Position numbers and translations under genes: made by a program | Shown: one piece after another, positions 1 through 11,326 of the stretch | How the letters are laid out: each line of letters starts with the position of its first letter | Numbering within the stretch: the first letter of the stretch is position 1 | From: Candidatus Cloacimonadales bacterium | GTDB lineage: Bacteria; Cloacimonadota; Cloacimonadia; Cloacimonadales; JAFGVF01 | Length of the DNA stretch: 64,000 nt | NCBI GenBank assembly: GCA_963662585.1 | Contig: OY759729.1 | Location: 2,080,001-2,144,000 of the forward strand | Direction: 5' to 3' | Notes under the pieces: generated by a model | Seen by the model: the letters and a program-made list of their open reading frames with translations, nothing else | Databases searched by the model: none | What the model was told of the DNA's origin: nothing

Positions 1-1298
1 ATTTCATTAAATACTATTCTCAACTTAAAGATGGAAATACTGGCAAGCTTTCCCAAGATATTATCGAAGCTCCTAATCGACTCAATTTGGTAAACTACGA
101 TACCCTTACTAAACAAGATAATGAATTGCTAAACGAACTGGCTGTAATTAAACTTAATGGTGGTTTAGGGACTAGTATGGGCTTAAATAAAGCCAAATCT
201 CTACTTCCTGTTAAAGGAGAAATGACCTTTTTAGATATTCTGTCAAATCAGATTATCACGCTAAGAGAAAAATATCAATCAAGAATTCCTTTAATCTTTA
301 TGAACAGTTTTAAAACTCAAGATGATACCTTAGATCTTCTAGCAAACTATAAAAAACTAAAAAGTGGAGATTTAGAATTAGACTTTCTCCAAAATAAATA
401 TCCCCGAGTTAGGCAAGATAACTTTATGCCCCTTAGTTTAGAAGATGATGAGGAAAATTGGAATCCACCAGGACATGGAGATATCTACTCTGCTCTTTAC
501 TCGTCAGGTTTACTAGATAAACTCATTAATAGTGGCTATAACTATGCTTTTATTTCTAATTCAGATAATCTTGGGGCAGTTGTAGATCCCTTAATTCTTA
601 CCTATATGGTCAAGCATGATGTTCCTTTTATTATGGAAGTCTGTCGTAGAACTGAAATGGATAAGAAGGGTGGACACCTTGCCCAAACTAAAGATGGAAA
701 ACTAATTCTCCGAGAAGTAGCTCAATGTCCTGAAGAAGAGATAGAGGAATTTCAAGATATTAAAAAATATAGTTTCTTTAATACTAATAACTTATGGATA
801 AATCTAAAGCATCTCAAGAAAATCCTTTTTGAAAATAATAACTTTGTAGATTTACCTATAATCATTAATCCCAAAGTTGTTGCTGATATCCCTGTATATC
901 AAATTGAAACTGCTATGGGAGCTGCTATTAGTGTATTTGAAAATGCTAAAGCTATTGTTGTCCCTCGCTCAAGATTTGCTCCTGTCAAAAAGACTAATGA
1001 TCTTCTCCTAATCTGGTCTGATGTCTATAAACTAAATAGCGAATACCAAATAGTTTTAACTGAAGGCTTAGACAAAGCTCCAACTATAGAATTGGATTCA
1101 GAATTCTACAAAACAGTAGAACAGCTTAAAACACATTTCAAAGAAGTGCCATCCTTAATTCAATGTAATAGCCTCAAAGTTCAAGGCAATATTAACTTTG
1201 GTAAAGATGTTGTGATTGTTGGCGATGTTGTAATTCGAAGTGAAGAAAAAGAAAGAATATCAGATGCGATTATCAATAATGAAGAATTCACTTTTTAA
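1..1298 (+). CDS. UTP--glucose-1-phosphate uridylyltransferase, eukaryote/UGP1-type; 5' end lies outside the window
   Basis: Motifs KLNGGLGTSMG, WNPPGHGD, SNSDNLGA and RFAPVK. The frame is open from position 3, so the true start is upstream of the window. Confidence 0.92.
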   Translation, partial: FIKYYSQLKDGNTGKLSQDIIEAPNRLNLVNYDTLTKQDNELLNELAVIKLNGGLGTSMGLNKAKSLLPVKGEMTFLDILSNQIITLREKYQSRIPLIFMNSFKTQDDTLDLLANYKKLKSGDLELDFLQNKYPRVRQDNFMPLSLEDDEENWNPPGHGDIYSALYSSGLLDKLINSGYNYAFISNSDNLGAVVDPLILTYMVKHDVPFIMEVCRRTEMDKKGGHLAQTKDGKLILREVAQCPEEEIEEFQDIKKYSFFNTNNLWINLKHLKKILFENNNFVDLPIIINPKVVADIPVYQIETAMGAAISVFENAKAIVVPRSRFAPVKKTNDLLLIWSDVYKLNSEYQIVLTEGLDKAPTIELDSEFYKTVEQLKTHFKEVPSLIQCNSLKVQGNINFGKDVVIVGDVVIRSEEKERISDAIINNEEFTF

Positions 1299-1322
1299 CT
1301 AAATCTTATAATGTGAGGAAAT

Positions 1323-1715
1323 ATGCCTTTATTAATAATTACTCCTGAAGAAATTACTGAAAGACTGACTAAAGTCCCTAATATTCCAGAGATAATAAAA
1401 GATTACTCTATTAAAGAAAATACTTTTAGGGTTGAATTGAAGATCGAAAAGATACCAATGGATATTAAAATTAATCTAAAATATGACTCCTATACTACTG
1501 GAATGATTTTATTCTCATACTCCTGTAATATTCCTAAAATCTTTCTTAACCTGCTTAAAGGAATTATTAACGATAGAACAAAAGGGATTATCACTATAGA
1601 AGATGATTTTATTAAAATGAACTCTGGTCAGCTAATCCAAGGTTATGGCTTTAGTGTGGAAATTAAAAATATTAACTTTGAACATGGATTCTATAAAATA
1701 GATTTTGCTCTTTAG
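1323..1715 (+). CDS. hypothetical protein
   Basis: 130-aa ORF with GAGG RBS, co-oriented with the UGPase gene; no recognisable motif. Confidence 0.65.
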   Translation: MPLLIITPEEITERLTKVPNIPEIIKDYSIKENTFRVELKIEKIPMDIKINLKYDSYTTGMILFSYSCNIPKIFLNLLKGIINDRTKGIITIEDDFIKMNSGQLIQGYGFSVEIKNINFEHGFYKIDFAL

Positions 1716-1893
1716 TTAATTTAACTTTTCTATTTTTAAGCTTATTCAACTTGAAAAATTAATTCGTTGAATAAGCTTATTCTTTTATACAAAGCTACTT
1801 TTTTCCCTATAATATTGCTCTTTTTTTCTCAAATCAAGTAAAAAATAGAATTTTTTTGAAATAGTATTTGACAAAATTTCATATTATGTTTTT

Positions 1894-1920
1894 TTAGCAA
1901 ACATATAATATGAGTGCTAA
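1894..1920 (+). promoter_or_regulatory. CIRCE-like HrcA operator
   Basis: TTAGCAAAC-N9-GAGTGCTAA (2 mismatches to consensus) 42 bp before groEL; TTGACA at 1868-1873. Confidence 0.85.
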
Positions 1921-1944
1921 ATTAAAAAATAAAACAAAATTTAA

Positions 1945-3603
<1,659 letters not shown>

Positions 3604-3630
3604 TCAATAAAAACTAATAAATAATAATAG

Positions 3631-3659
3631 AAACGGAGACTTAGCTAAGTCTCCGTTTT
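3631..3659 (+). terminator. intrinsic terminator of groEL
   Basis: AAACGGAGACTTAG-CTAAGTCTCCGTTTT hairpin. Confidence 0.8.
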
Positions 3660-3676
3660 CATTATAATAGGCACTT

Positions 3677-3886
3677 GTTCAAGTCTAGTGGAAGTAAGTC
3701 TATTTTAAAACCCAGATGCACCATTCTACCAGCTGCAGAGGCAGCGAAATCTTTGTAGACAAACAGATGCCAAACAATTCCATAAGCTCCAGAGGAGCGA
3801 CACAAAAAGCCTTAGATGTACCACTCCTCTGGAGCTATGAGGATTTTGAAGCTTCTTGATTCACTATTATACCACCAGACTTGAAC
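3677..3886. repeat. REP/MITE-like element containing GCTCCAGAGGAGC-family hairpins
   Basis: 15-bp terminal inverted repeat (GTTCAAGTCTAGTGG / CCACCAGACTTGAAC, 1 mismatch). Internal hairpins AGCTGCAGAGGCAGCG, AGCTCCAGAGGAGCG and CACTCCTCTGGAGCT match the units at 31-32 kb. Confidence 0.65.
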
Positions 3887-3897
3887 TAGAACTATTT

Positions 3898-4332
3898 CTA
3901 TTTTACCAATTCAAATTCAACTTTTGTTGTGTTCTGCATATTGTCTGAGATCGGACAGCGTGCATCTACTTCATGTAAGAAAGCTTCTTTTTCTGCATCT
4001 GTCATATCTGCATCAATTTCTACAAAAGCTTTCATCCACTGGAAACCAGCCCTAACATCACAGCATTTACCCATTAAAACATCTACATCTAATTCACCCT
4101 CTACCCTAACATTACATGCTTTTAGATCAATTCTTTTTTGCTTAGCTATAATGAGAGCAATACTACCAATACAACCTGCTAAAGAACTAAAAAAGAACTC
4201 TAAAGGGGTAGGACCTAAGTCATCACCACCACCTGCTTTGGGTTGGTCAATGATAAACTTATGATCTCTAACTTTTACTTCAATTGCCATATTACTCTGT
4301 AATCTTGATTCAACTATTACTTTCTTTAACAT
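3898..4332 (-). CDS. OsmC/Ohr family protein
   Basis: DQPKAGGGDDLGPTPLE...LAGC and RCPIS motifs. Confidence 0.9.
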   Translation of the reverse strand: MLKKVIVESRLQSNMAIEVKVRDHKFIIDQPKAGGGDDLGPTPLEFFFSSLAGCIGSIALIIAKQKRIDLKACNVRVEGELDVDVLMGKCCDVRAGFQWMKAFVEIDADMTDAEKEAFLHEVDARCPISDNMQNTTKVEFELVK

Positions 4333-4362
4333 ATTTCAATTCTCCGAATGTTTTTTTAGGTA

Positions 4363-4387
4363 AAAAAAAACGCCTCCGAAGAGGCGT
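4363..4387 (-). terminator. intrinsic terminator
   Basis: ACGCCTCTTCGGAGGCGT followed by a T-run on the minus strand. Confidence 0.75.
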
Positions 4388-4408
4388 CAAGTAAAACTTA
4401 TTTTTAAC

Positions 4409-5470
4409 TTATTTCATCAAAAGCATCTTTTTGAATTCAACAAAGTTACCAGATTTCATCTTAGTGTAATATACACCTGAAGCAACTTCTTTACCATTGT
4501 TATCTTTACCATGCCAAAGAACATCTATTCTCTGATTAATCATATTAGCAGATACATTGGAATTATAAAGATTCTTTACTAATTGACCCTTGATATTGAA
4601 AATATTAATAGTTACAGGTCCTGGATTAGCAACTGAGAAACTAACAGAAGTTGAAGGATTGAATGGGTTTGGATAGTTACCAATCAATTGATTACCGAAA
4701 GCTACTGGTATTGTTTCTCCACCTGTAGGATTTCCAACTTTAACCATTGTAGGACCAAACAACTCAGTTTCTAAAGAAAATTCTACACTCTGCAACCAAT
4801 AATAATAGATATTATTTGTTGTAACTTCTCTATCTGTAAAAGTATAGCTATGCTCTTGAGCACTATTTGTTGCATTGATAAATGCTGGGATCATAAGAGC
4901 TGAGTCAATGTTATTTTCTAAACCTCTAATGATGAAATACCCAGAGATATTTGTCTCTGATTGAACTGTCCAATTGATATTCACGAAATCTTCAGCAGTA
5001 GCTACTGCATCGAAGGCTGAAAGCTCGACAGGGAGGGTTGGGTCTATATAAAACTCTTCATTAGAGTTAATCGAATTTGAAGTTGTTGGAGGCCAAGATG
5101 ATTTCTTAATGGCAAAGTTAACAAACATCTTAGTATCAGATACACTTTCTCCAGTGAGTTCAGGCATTACAAATGTTACTGACCTGGTTACATTGGTACC
5201 AGTAGCACTATCAAAACTTGAAATTGCCGGTTGTAAGGGGTGAACATCTCCCCCAGGTTTAAAAGTTAATAAATAAAAATCTATAACAGATAATGTACCA
5301 GTTATACCTTCTGTACTATAAGTAAATTCAACTTTACCTGTACTCCCTTGAGGAATATAAGAACTAACGCCATCATTATTTGATAATGTGGCACTATGTA
5401 TTGTTATTATCTGCCCAAAAGCCATCCCCACGGCCAATATCAAAATCATCATCACAAAAACTTTTTTCAT
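4409..5470 (-). CDS. secreted protein with PVELS motif and FlgD-Ig/T9SS-like C-terminal sorting domain
   Basis: Signal peptide, TLPVELSAF, and GNYPNPFNP...WHGKD...ASGVYY...KKMLLMK tail. Confidence 0.85.
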   Translation of the reverse strand: MKKVFVMMILILAVGMAFGQIITIHSATLSNNDGVSSYIPQGSTGKVEFTYSTEGITGTLSVIDFYLLTFKPGGDVHPLQPAISSFDSATGTNVTRSVTFVMPELTGESVSDTKMFVNFAIKKSSWPPTTSNSINSNEEFYIDPTLPVELSAFDAVATAEDFVNINWTVQSETNISGYFIIRGLENNIDSALMIPAFINATNSAQEHSYTFTDREVTTNNIYYYWLQSVEFSLETELFGPTMVKVGNPTGGETIPVAFGNQLIGNYPNPFNPSTSVSFSVANPGPVTINIFNIKGQLVKNLYNSNVSANMINQRIDVLWHGKDNNGKEVASGVYYTKMKSGNFVEFKKMLLMK

Positions 5471-5550
5471 ACTTCCTCCTTATTTTAGGTATATGAATAA
5501 ATTATTATTTTTTATTATTAAATTTCTCTCCATTCCATAATACAAAGTTA

Positions 5551-5578
5551 ATTATAATGGCTTTGGATATTTTGTCAA
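5551..5578 (-). promoter_or_regulatory. sigma70 promoter
   Basis: Perfect TTGACA-N16-TATAAT on the minus strand upstream of the 4409-5470 gene. Confidence 0.65.
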
Positions 5579-5710
5579 GTTATAAAAAAGATATTTTGAA
5601 TAAATATAATTAGTTAAATTATTAAAGGAGCATAGTGTCCTAAGATATGCTGTAATATAAGGATAATAGCGCGACTTCTTAAATAAGATAAAATAAATAA
5701 AAAAAAGAAC

Positions 5711-5744
5711 TTGACAAGAATAGTGTGCTACACAAGTATAACAC
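5711..5744 (+). promoter_or_regulatory. promoter with YtrA-type GntR operator palindrome
   Basis: TTGACA at 5711; imperfect palindrome GTGTGCTACACAAGTATAACAC directly upstream of the GntR gene. Confidence 0.55.
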
Positions 5745-5760
5745 CATAAGAGGTGATATT

Positions 5761-6132
5761 ATGAAAAAATTTCGTGATGACCAACCAATTTATCTTCAGA
5801 TAAAGGGAGAGATTGAGGAAGCAATAATAGCTAAGAGAATAGCAGAGGGTGAGCAGATATTGTCGATAAGAGCTCTATCGACAGAGTATCGGGTTAATCC
5901 AATTACTATTAGTAATGCATATTCTGAATTAGAGGCTTCTAATATAATCTATAAGAAGAGAGGACTTGGTTTTTTTGTAAAAGAAGGAGCACGGAACATG
6001 TTAATCAGAGAGAAGCGATATGAGTTTATACAGAAAGATTTAAAAACTATAGTAGATAAGGCTAGGATAGTCGATATTGATTTACAGGTTATCATAGCAG
6101 AGTTGCAGAAACTTTTTGCAGAGGAGAAGTAA
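5761..6132 (+). CDS. GntR family (YtrA subfamily) transcriptional regulator
   Basis: PIYLQI...SIRALS..VNPITI..AY..LE...KRGLGFFV; ATG at 5761 follows an AGGTGA RBS. Confidence 0.92.
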   Translation: MKKFRDDQPIYLQIKGEIEEAIIAKRIAEGEQILSIRALSTEYRVNPITISNAYSELEASNIIYKKRGLGFFVKEGARNMLIREKRYEFIQKDLKTIVDKARIVDIDLQVIIAELQKLFAEEK

Positions 6133-6983
6133 TGGAGTTAGTAAAAGTAGCTAATGTTACGAAAAAGTACAAAGATCTTTTGGCTTTGGATCATGTAAAC
6201 ACTGAGGTTAATAAAGGTAGGATAGTCGGCTTAGTTGGTAAAAACGGTGCTGGAAAATCTACTTTAATGAAGTGTATAATAGGTTTCACCAAGTGTGAAG
6301 GTGAGATTTTCATTAACGGAGAGCAGATTAAATATATGGAACATAAAATATTTGAAGATACTGCTTTCATTCCCGATATTAATAGTCTAGATGGAAGATT
6401 CACCGTAAAAGCTTTTATTAAGTTTTTCAAGGGAGTTCATCCTAAGTTTAATGAAGAGAGGTTTGAAAAACTCTTTGCTGCAAGTAATTTGCCATTGGAT
6501 AAGAAGATTAGCAAATTATCTAAGGGTATGAAGACAAAGTTGTATTTAATTTTGATTTTGGCCTTAGATGTCAGTTTTTTAATTCTAGATGAACCTACTT
6601 TAGGGCTAGATATAGTATATCGTAATGAATTCTATAACACTATTTTAAGTTCATTTTATAATGAAGAGAGAACAGTGCTCATATCTACCCATCAAGTGGA
6701 AGAAATCGAACACATTCTCCATGATTTAATAATTATAGACCAGGGTAAAATTCTAACAAATGATACTCTAGATAATCTCTTAACTTATTATAAGTTAATA
6801 ACTATTGATGCAAAAGATAGGGATAAGTTAAAAGATATCCCGCATAAAGTCGTTACTGAAGGTTTAAGTGCTATTGAAGTAGTAGTTCCTCGAAAAGCGA
6901 ACATTACCGGTTTCAAGGAAGCAATTCCTAACTTAGCCCATATATTCTTATATACTTTGGAGAATTCAAATGAAACAGTTTAA
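6132..6983 (+). CDS. ABC transporter ATP-binding protein (YtrB-like)
   Basis: Walker A GKNGAGKST, LSKGM signature, LDEPT. Confidence 0.93.
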   Translation: MELVKVANVTKKYKDLLALDHVNTEVNKGRIVGLVGKNGAGKSTLMKCIIGFTKCEGEIFINGEQIKYMEHKIFEDTAFIPDINSLDGRFTVKAFIKFFKGVHPKFNEERFEKLFAASNLPLDKKISKLSKGMKTKLYLILILALDVSFLILDEPTLGLDIVYRNEFYNTILSSFYNEERTVLISTHQVEEIEHILHDLIIIDQGKILTNDTLDNLLTYYKLITIDAKDRDKLKDIPHKVVTEGLSAIEVVVPRKANITGFKEAIPNLAHIFLYTLENSNETV

Positions 6984-7854
6984 AAGTCTTTTAACAAGAG
7001 ATATATATCTTAACAAGTGGAGTCTTCTCTTACCCTTTATAGTTGTAGCTTTGTGTTATTTATTAATAATAATAATTGATATGCGTTGGGGAATAGATTT
7101 AGCTAATATAAATTATCAAATGGAAGGGGCTAAGAATATTCCTTTCATGGGATTGATAGGAGTTGTGATTGGTAATATTTGGTTAAGTGGAGCTTTGTTG
7201 TCTTTGGTGGTTTTGGTTATTATGACACCGAATGCCTTAAATGATAATATTAAGAATCACTGTGAAATATTCTACAAATGTCTTCCTATTCCACCTTGGA
7301 AAGTCGTAGCATCAAAAGTAGTATCTTGCATGTTAATCCCCTTAGCGATAGTATTAAGTCTTGCTTTTCTAAATACAGGAATTGCTTACTTATTTTTGGG
7401 TAAAACAAGTGTAATATCATTAGCTACTTTACTTAGATTTACTTTCTCGACAATGGTATTTTCTGTACCTTACCTTATGTTATTTGGTTCATTTTTTATT
7501 TTTCTATCTGGTATTCTTAGAAAGAAAGTATTCGTTAGATTCATAGGAGTTCTTTTTGGAGCCAACATAGTGATTCAGATCTTTAAGTCACTTTCGGGGA
7601 TACAGATTAAAACATTATCTGAATATATTAACTTATGGTTATTGAATCCTTCATTTACAGGTTCAAGCATTATTGATGTTGATAAGTTAGTAAATGGCTT
7701 TATGAATAAGATGACTTTAGATAGTGGAATACAAGAAGTGAGTAATTTGATTGCTAGTAGTATTTTTAGTTGGGATGGATTTTGTTTAGTGATAACTTCG
7801 GTTATATTATTGACAGGTTCAGTTTATGCATATAAATTTAGAAAATTAGATTAG
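6970..7854 (+). CDS. ABC-2-type membrane permease
   Basis: About 6 hydrophobic segments, LPI..WKVVASK motif, overlaps the ATPase gene. Confidence 0.8.
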   Translation: MKQFKSLLTRDIYLNKWSLLLPFIVVALCYLLIIIIDMRWGIDLANINYQMEGAKNIPFMGLIGVVIGNIWLSGALLSLVVLVIMTPNALNDNIKNHCEIFYKCLPIPPWKVVASKVVSCMLIPLAIVLSLAFLNTGIAYLFLGKTSVISLATLLRFTFSTMVFSVPYLMLFGSFFIFLSGILRKKVFVRFIGVLFGANIVIQIFKSLSGIQIKTLSEYINLWLLNPSFTGSSIIDVDKLVNGFMNKMTLDSGIQEVSNLIASSIFSWDGFCLVITSVILLTGSVYAYKFRKLD

Positions 7855-7863
7855 GAGAGAATT

Positions 7864-8727
7864 ATGAAAAAGTTACTTTTTTTGACCTTAATTACGGTTT
7901 TGTTTTTATCAGGTTGTGTGGAATACGGAATAATTATTAAAGTTAACAAAGATGGTTCAGGTGAGATAGTAGAAGATATGCTTCTATCTACTCAATTAGT
8001 GAATATGGCTAAAGCTTTCGGTTCTAATGATGAGGCTATTGACGCCTTTTCTCAAGAGAAGCATGAAAAGAAAGCTCCTCAATTTGGTGAGAATGTAGTT
8101 TTTGATTCATTCCAAGAGATTAATACAGAAGCAAAACAAGGCTATAAGGTAGTTTATAAATTTGATGATATCAATAAAATTAAATTATCTGAAGATATGT
8201 TTAGTGAAACTGTAGAGTCTTTAACTGATGATATAAAGATGGAAATGGACGATGATGATGATGAAGTAGAAGCAGAAGAAGATGAAATTAAAATAGATAA
8301 GTTTTTTACTTTTGACTATAATAAGAAAGGTAAATTAATTATTGAAAATGGTTTTAGCCAAGCAATAAAAGAAGCTCAAAAAAAGCATGAAGATAGCCTT
8401 GAAGGGAAAGAAGTAGAAGAAACTATAAACAAGATGGATGATGAAGATATTGAACAGACTATAGCCATGGCAAAAATGTTTGTTCAAGGAATGAAATTCT
8501 ACACAAAAATAGAGTTTAATTCTATTAAGGATGCTAATGTTCCTTTCGAAAATAATCAGATAACACTATTTGAAATAGATATGGATAAATTGATGAAAGA
8601 TACAGAAGCATTTAGTGAATTAATGAGAAATGGAGAGAATGAAGTCTCAAAATTCTTAAACAATGAAAAGAAGATTGACGGTATTACTTTTAATAACTTT
8701 GAAAAAATTACAGTTGATTTTAAATAG
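7864..8727 (+). CDS. putative lipoprotein
   Basis: Lipobox LSGC followed by VNKDGSG. Confidence 0.75.
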   Translation: MKKLLFLTLITVLFLSGCVEYGIIIKVNKDGSGEIVEDMLLSTQLVNMAKAFGSNDEAIDAFSQEKHEKKAPQFGENVVFDSFQEINTEAKQGYKVVYKFDDINKIKLSEDMFSETVESLTDDIKMEMDDDDDEVEAEEDEIKIDKFFTFDYNKKGKLIIENGFSQAIKEAQKKHEDSLEGKEVEETINKMDDEDIEQTIAMAKMFVQGMKFYTKIEFNSIKDANVPFENNQITLFEIDMDKLMKDTEAFSELMRNGENEVSKFLNNEKKIDGITFNNFEKITVDFK

Positions 8728-8735
8728 GGGAAATA

Positions 8736-11153
8736 ATGAAAAAGTTCTTAATAATTACAATTTTAATATCAGCAATGACTGTTTTTGCAATGCCTGTAGA
8801 TTTTTATAACACTTCAGTTGCTGCACATGAAGATTTTCTTTCTGGATATGTTAATCCTGCAGCTTTAGGTACTACTAATAATAGTAGTTTTACCTTCCTG
8901 AAAAGTTATGAAGAAAAAGATTTTACAAGTCCTTATGCCTTAATATATAAAGAAAATGGTTTCTCTTATATGTTGGAAAGTGATCAAGGAACTTATCAAA
9001 CTATCGCAATGGGAGGGAACTTAGGGAAGAATAAAGTTCTTCGTAATTTTTATCTAGGTTCTTCTTGGGCTTGGAAATCTGGTTCTTTAGATAAGGGAGA
9101 TTTAGTAAACTCCTTGCTCTATAGACCAGCTAATCAAGTTTCTTTTGGCTATGTATTAACTCACCCAAATGATCTTAAGCCTCAGCATCGAAGTGGTATT
9201 GCAATCAGACCTTTTGCTTCTTCCAAAATGGGAGATGTGTTAGAGCTCACAACAGATATTGGTTGGGGAGATCGTAATGCTGAGAGAGGTTTTATCAAAC
9301 CAACAGTTGGAGTTAACACTAATTTCTTAGGTGGACTTTCTGTTGGTGCTAGCTATAATATTGAAGAAGAAGAAGTTGGTATAAGATTCAGCATGAGTAG
9401 TTTTAATGCTGTGATTGGTTCAATCTCTAACATCAAGAAACAAGATGATGACAGTAAGAAGAATATGGGTTATGGATTCGTTTCTCTAAACTCTGATATC
9501 ATGGGGATGATAAGTGGAACTGAAAGAAAGAAACTCTATGATTTAGATATCTCTGGAACTATCGTTGATGAAAATGTAAGTTTTGATCTTGGCTTTATTT
9601 CTCTCAAAATGGATGAAAACTCTACAATGTTAAACATTCTCAACAAGATAGAAAAGGCTAAAAAGGATCCTGAAATCACTGGCATTATCTTTAAAAATAA
9701 CAATTTTGGAGCTTCATTTGCTAAAAGACAAGAGCTTCTTACTGCCTTAAAAGAGTTTAAGAAAACAGGTAAGAAAATAGTGTTTTACTTTGAAAACATC
9801 TCTAATGCTAACTATGCTTTTGCAGCTAATATTGGTGATAAAATCTACCTTAATCCTGAGGGAATGGTAAATTTAGTTGGTATCGGTGGAGCAAGTCCTT
9901 ATATCAAAGGTATGCTAGATAAATTAAGTATTGATTTTTATAACTTTAGAAGTCATCCTTACAAAACTGCCGGTAATATGTTCTCAGAAGAAGAAATGAC
10001 ACCTCAAGAAAGAGAAGTGCTAGAAAGATTATACGGTGATATTTATGCTGAAATGGTGGAGATGATTAGAGAGGGAAGAGGTAATAAATTAGCTGGTGAA
10101 GTTGAAGATATTATTGATAATGGTCCATACTTTATCCCTAGTGAAGCTTTAGCTAAAGGACTTGTTGATGAGTTAGTAGAATGGCATGAACTAGATGCAA
10201 AACTTAAAGAAGAGTTTGCTACTAATAAAATTACTAAAGAAATTCCTCATAGAATTAAAGAAGATTGGTATTATCCTGGATTAGACAAAGTTGCTGTTAT
10301 CTACGCTTCAGGAAACATTGTTAGTGGTAAGGGCCAAGCTGGTAAGGTCATTGGCTCTGAAACAACAGCTAAAGCTATTCGCAAAGCTAGAAGAGATCCA
10401 GAAGTTAAGGGTATTATTCTCAGAGTTGATTCAGGTGGAGGTTCAGCTCTTGCTTCTCACATTATTGCTGAAGAGATCAGACTTTGCACAATTGGCAAAA
10501 ACAAGAAGCCTGTTATCGCTTTAATGTCTGGAGTTGCTGCTTCTGGTGGTTATTATATCTCTACTTGGGCAGATGAAATTATCGCAGAACCAACTACAAT
10601 TACAGGTTCAATTGGAGTTATAGGCTTAGTTCCAAACTTCGCTAGATTATCTAATCGTATTGGTGTAAATTGGTCTGAATTCAAGTTTGGTGAGAATTCT
10701 ACGCTTGGTAGTGCTACTCGCGAATGGACTTTAGACGAAAAAGAGATGTTTAAAAACTTTATCAAATCTTCTTATGATAGATTTGTAACAACAGTTGCAG
10801 ATAGTAGAGCTACTAGTTATGAAGAGATAAATAAGATTGCTATGGGTCAGGTCTGGACTGGTAATCAAGCTCTTAAAAATGGATTAGTAGATAAGTTAGG
10901 TGGTTTTGAAACAGCAGTTGAATCTATGAAAGCTAAATTAGCTAGTGGGAATGAAATTGAATTAGCTACTTATCATGCTAGTGATAAAGCTCAACTTGAA
11001 ATTGCTGTTAGTTCTCTTACTGCACCATTATTCTCTTGGTACAACAAGTCACTCATCAAGTCTCTTGTAGATATCGATAAAGAAATAGAAGTTTACTCAG
11101 GTGAAACAATTCTCTATAAAGCCCCATATTATTTCAATTCAATGAATGATTAA
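8736..11153 (+). CDS. sppA: signal peptide peptidase SppA (protease IV) with N-terminal extension
   Basis: Two S49 domains; RVDSGGGS, AASGGYY, TITGSIGV and GQVWTG..A..NGLVD motifs. Confidence 0.9.
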   Translation: MKKFLIITILISAMTVFAMPVDFYNTSVAAHEDFLSGYVNPAALGTTNNSSFTFLKSYEEKDFTSPYALIYKENGFSYMLESDQGTYQTIAMGGNLGKNKVLRNFYLGSSWAWKSGSLDKGDLVNSLLYRPANQVSFGYVLTHPNDLKPQHRSGIAIRPFASSKMGDVLELTTDIGWGDRNAERGFIKPTVGVNTNFLGGLSVGASYNIEEEEVGIRFSMSSFNAVIGSISNIKKQDDDSKKNMGYGFVSLNSDIMGMISGTERKKLYDLDISGTIVDENVSFDLGFISLKMDENSTMLNILNKIEKAKKDPEITGIIFKNNNFGASFAKRQELLTALKEFKKTGKKIVFYFENISNANYAFAANIGDKIYLNPEGMVNLVGIGGASPYIKGMLDKLSIDFYNFRSHPYKTAGNMFSEEEMTPQEREVLERLYGDIYAEMVEMIREGRGNKLAGEVEDIIDNGPYFIPSEALAKGLVDELVEWHELDAKLKEEFATNKITKEIPHRIKEDWYYPGLDKVAVIYASGNIVSGKGQAGKVIGSETTAKAIRKARRDPEVKGIILRVDSGGGSALASHIIAEEIRLCTIGKNKKPVIALMSGVAASGGYYISTWADEIIAEPTTITGSIGVIGLVPNFARLSNRIGVNWSEFKFGENSTLGSATREWTLDEKEMFKNFIKSSYDRFVTTVADSRATSYEEINKIAMGQVWTGNQALKNGLVDKLGGFETAVESMKAKLASGNEIELATYHASDKAQLEIAVSSLTAPLFSWYNKSLIKSLVDIDKEIEVYSGETILYKAPYYFNSMND

Positions 11154-11212
11154 ATAGTATAATGATTTATAATTAATAAATATTAATAGTTGTTAATTAT
11201 ATATAAAACAAT

Positions 11213-11250
11213 AAAATAGCGGTTATGCCTGTCATCACCGCTATTTTTTT
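11213..11250 (+). terminator. intrinsic terminator
   Basis: AAAATAGCGGT...ACCGCTATTTTTT hairpin. Confidence 0.7.
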
Positions 11251-11326
11251 CTTGCCAAATAATTTTATAATCGCTATTTTGCCATTGCTAGATAATCGGG
11301 GAAATAAATTACATAAAGGATAGTTG

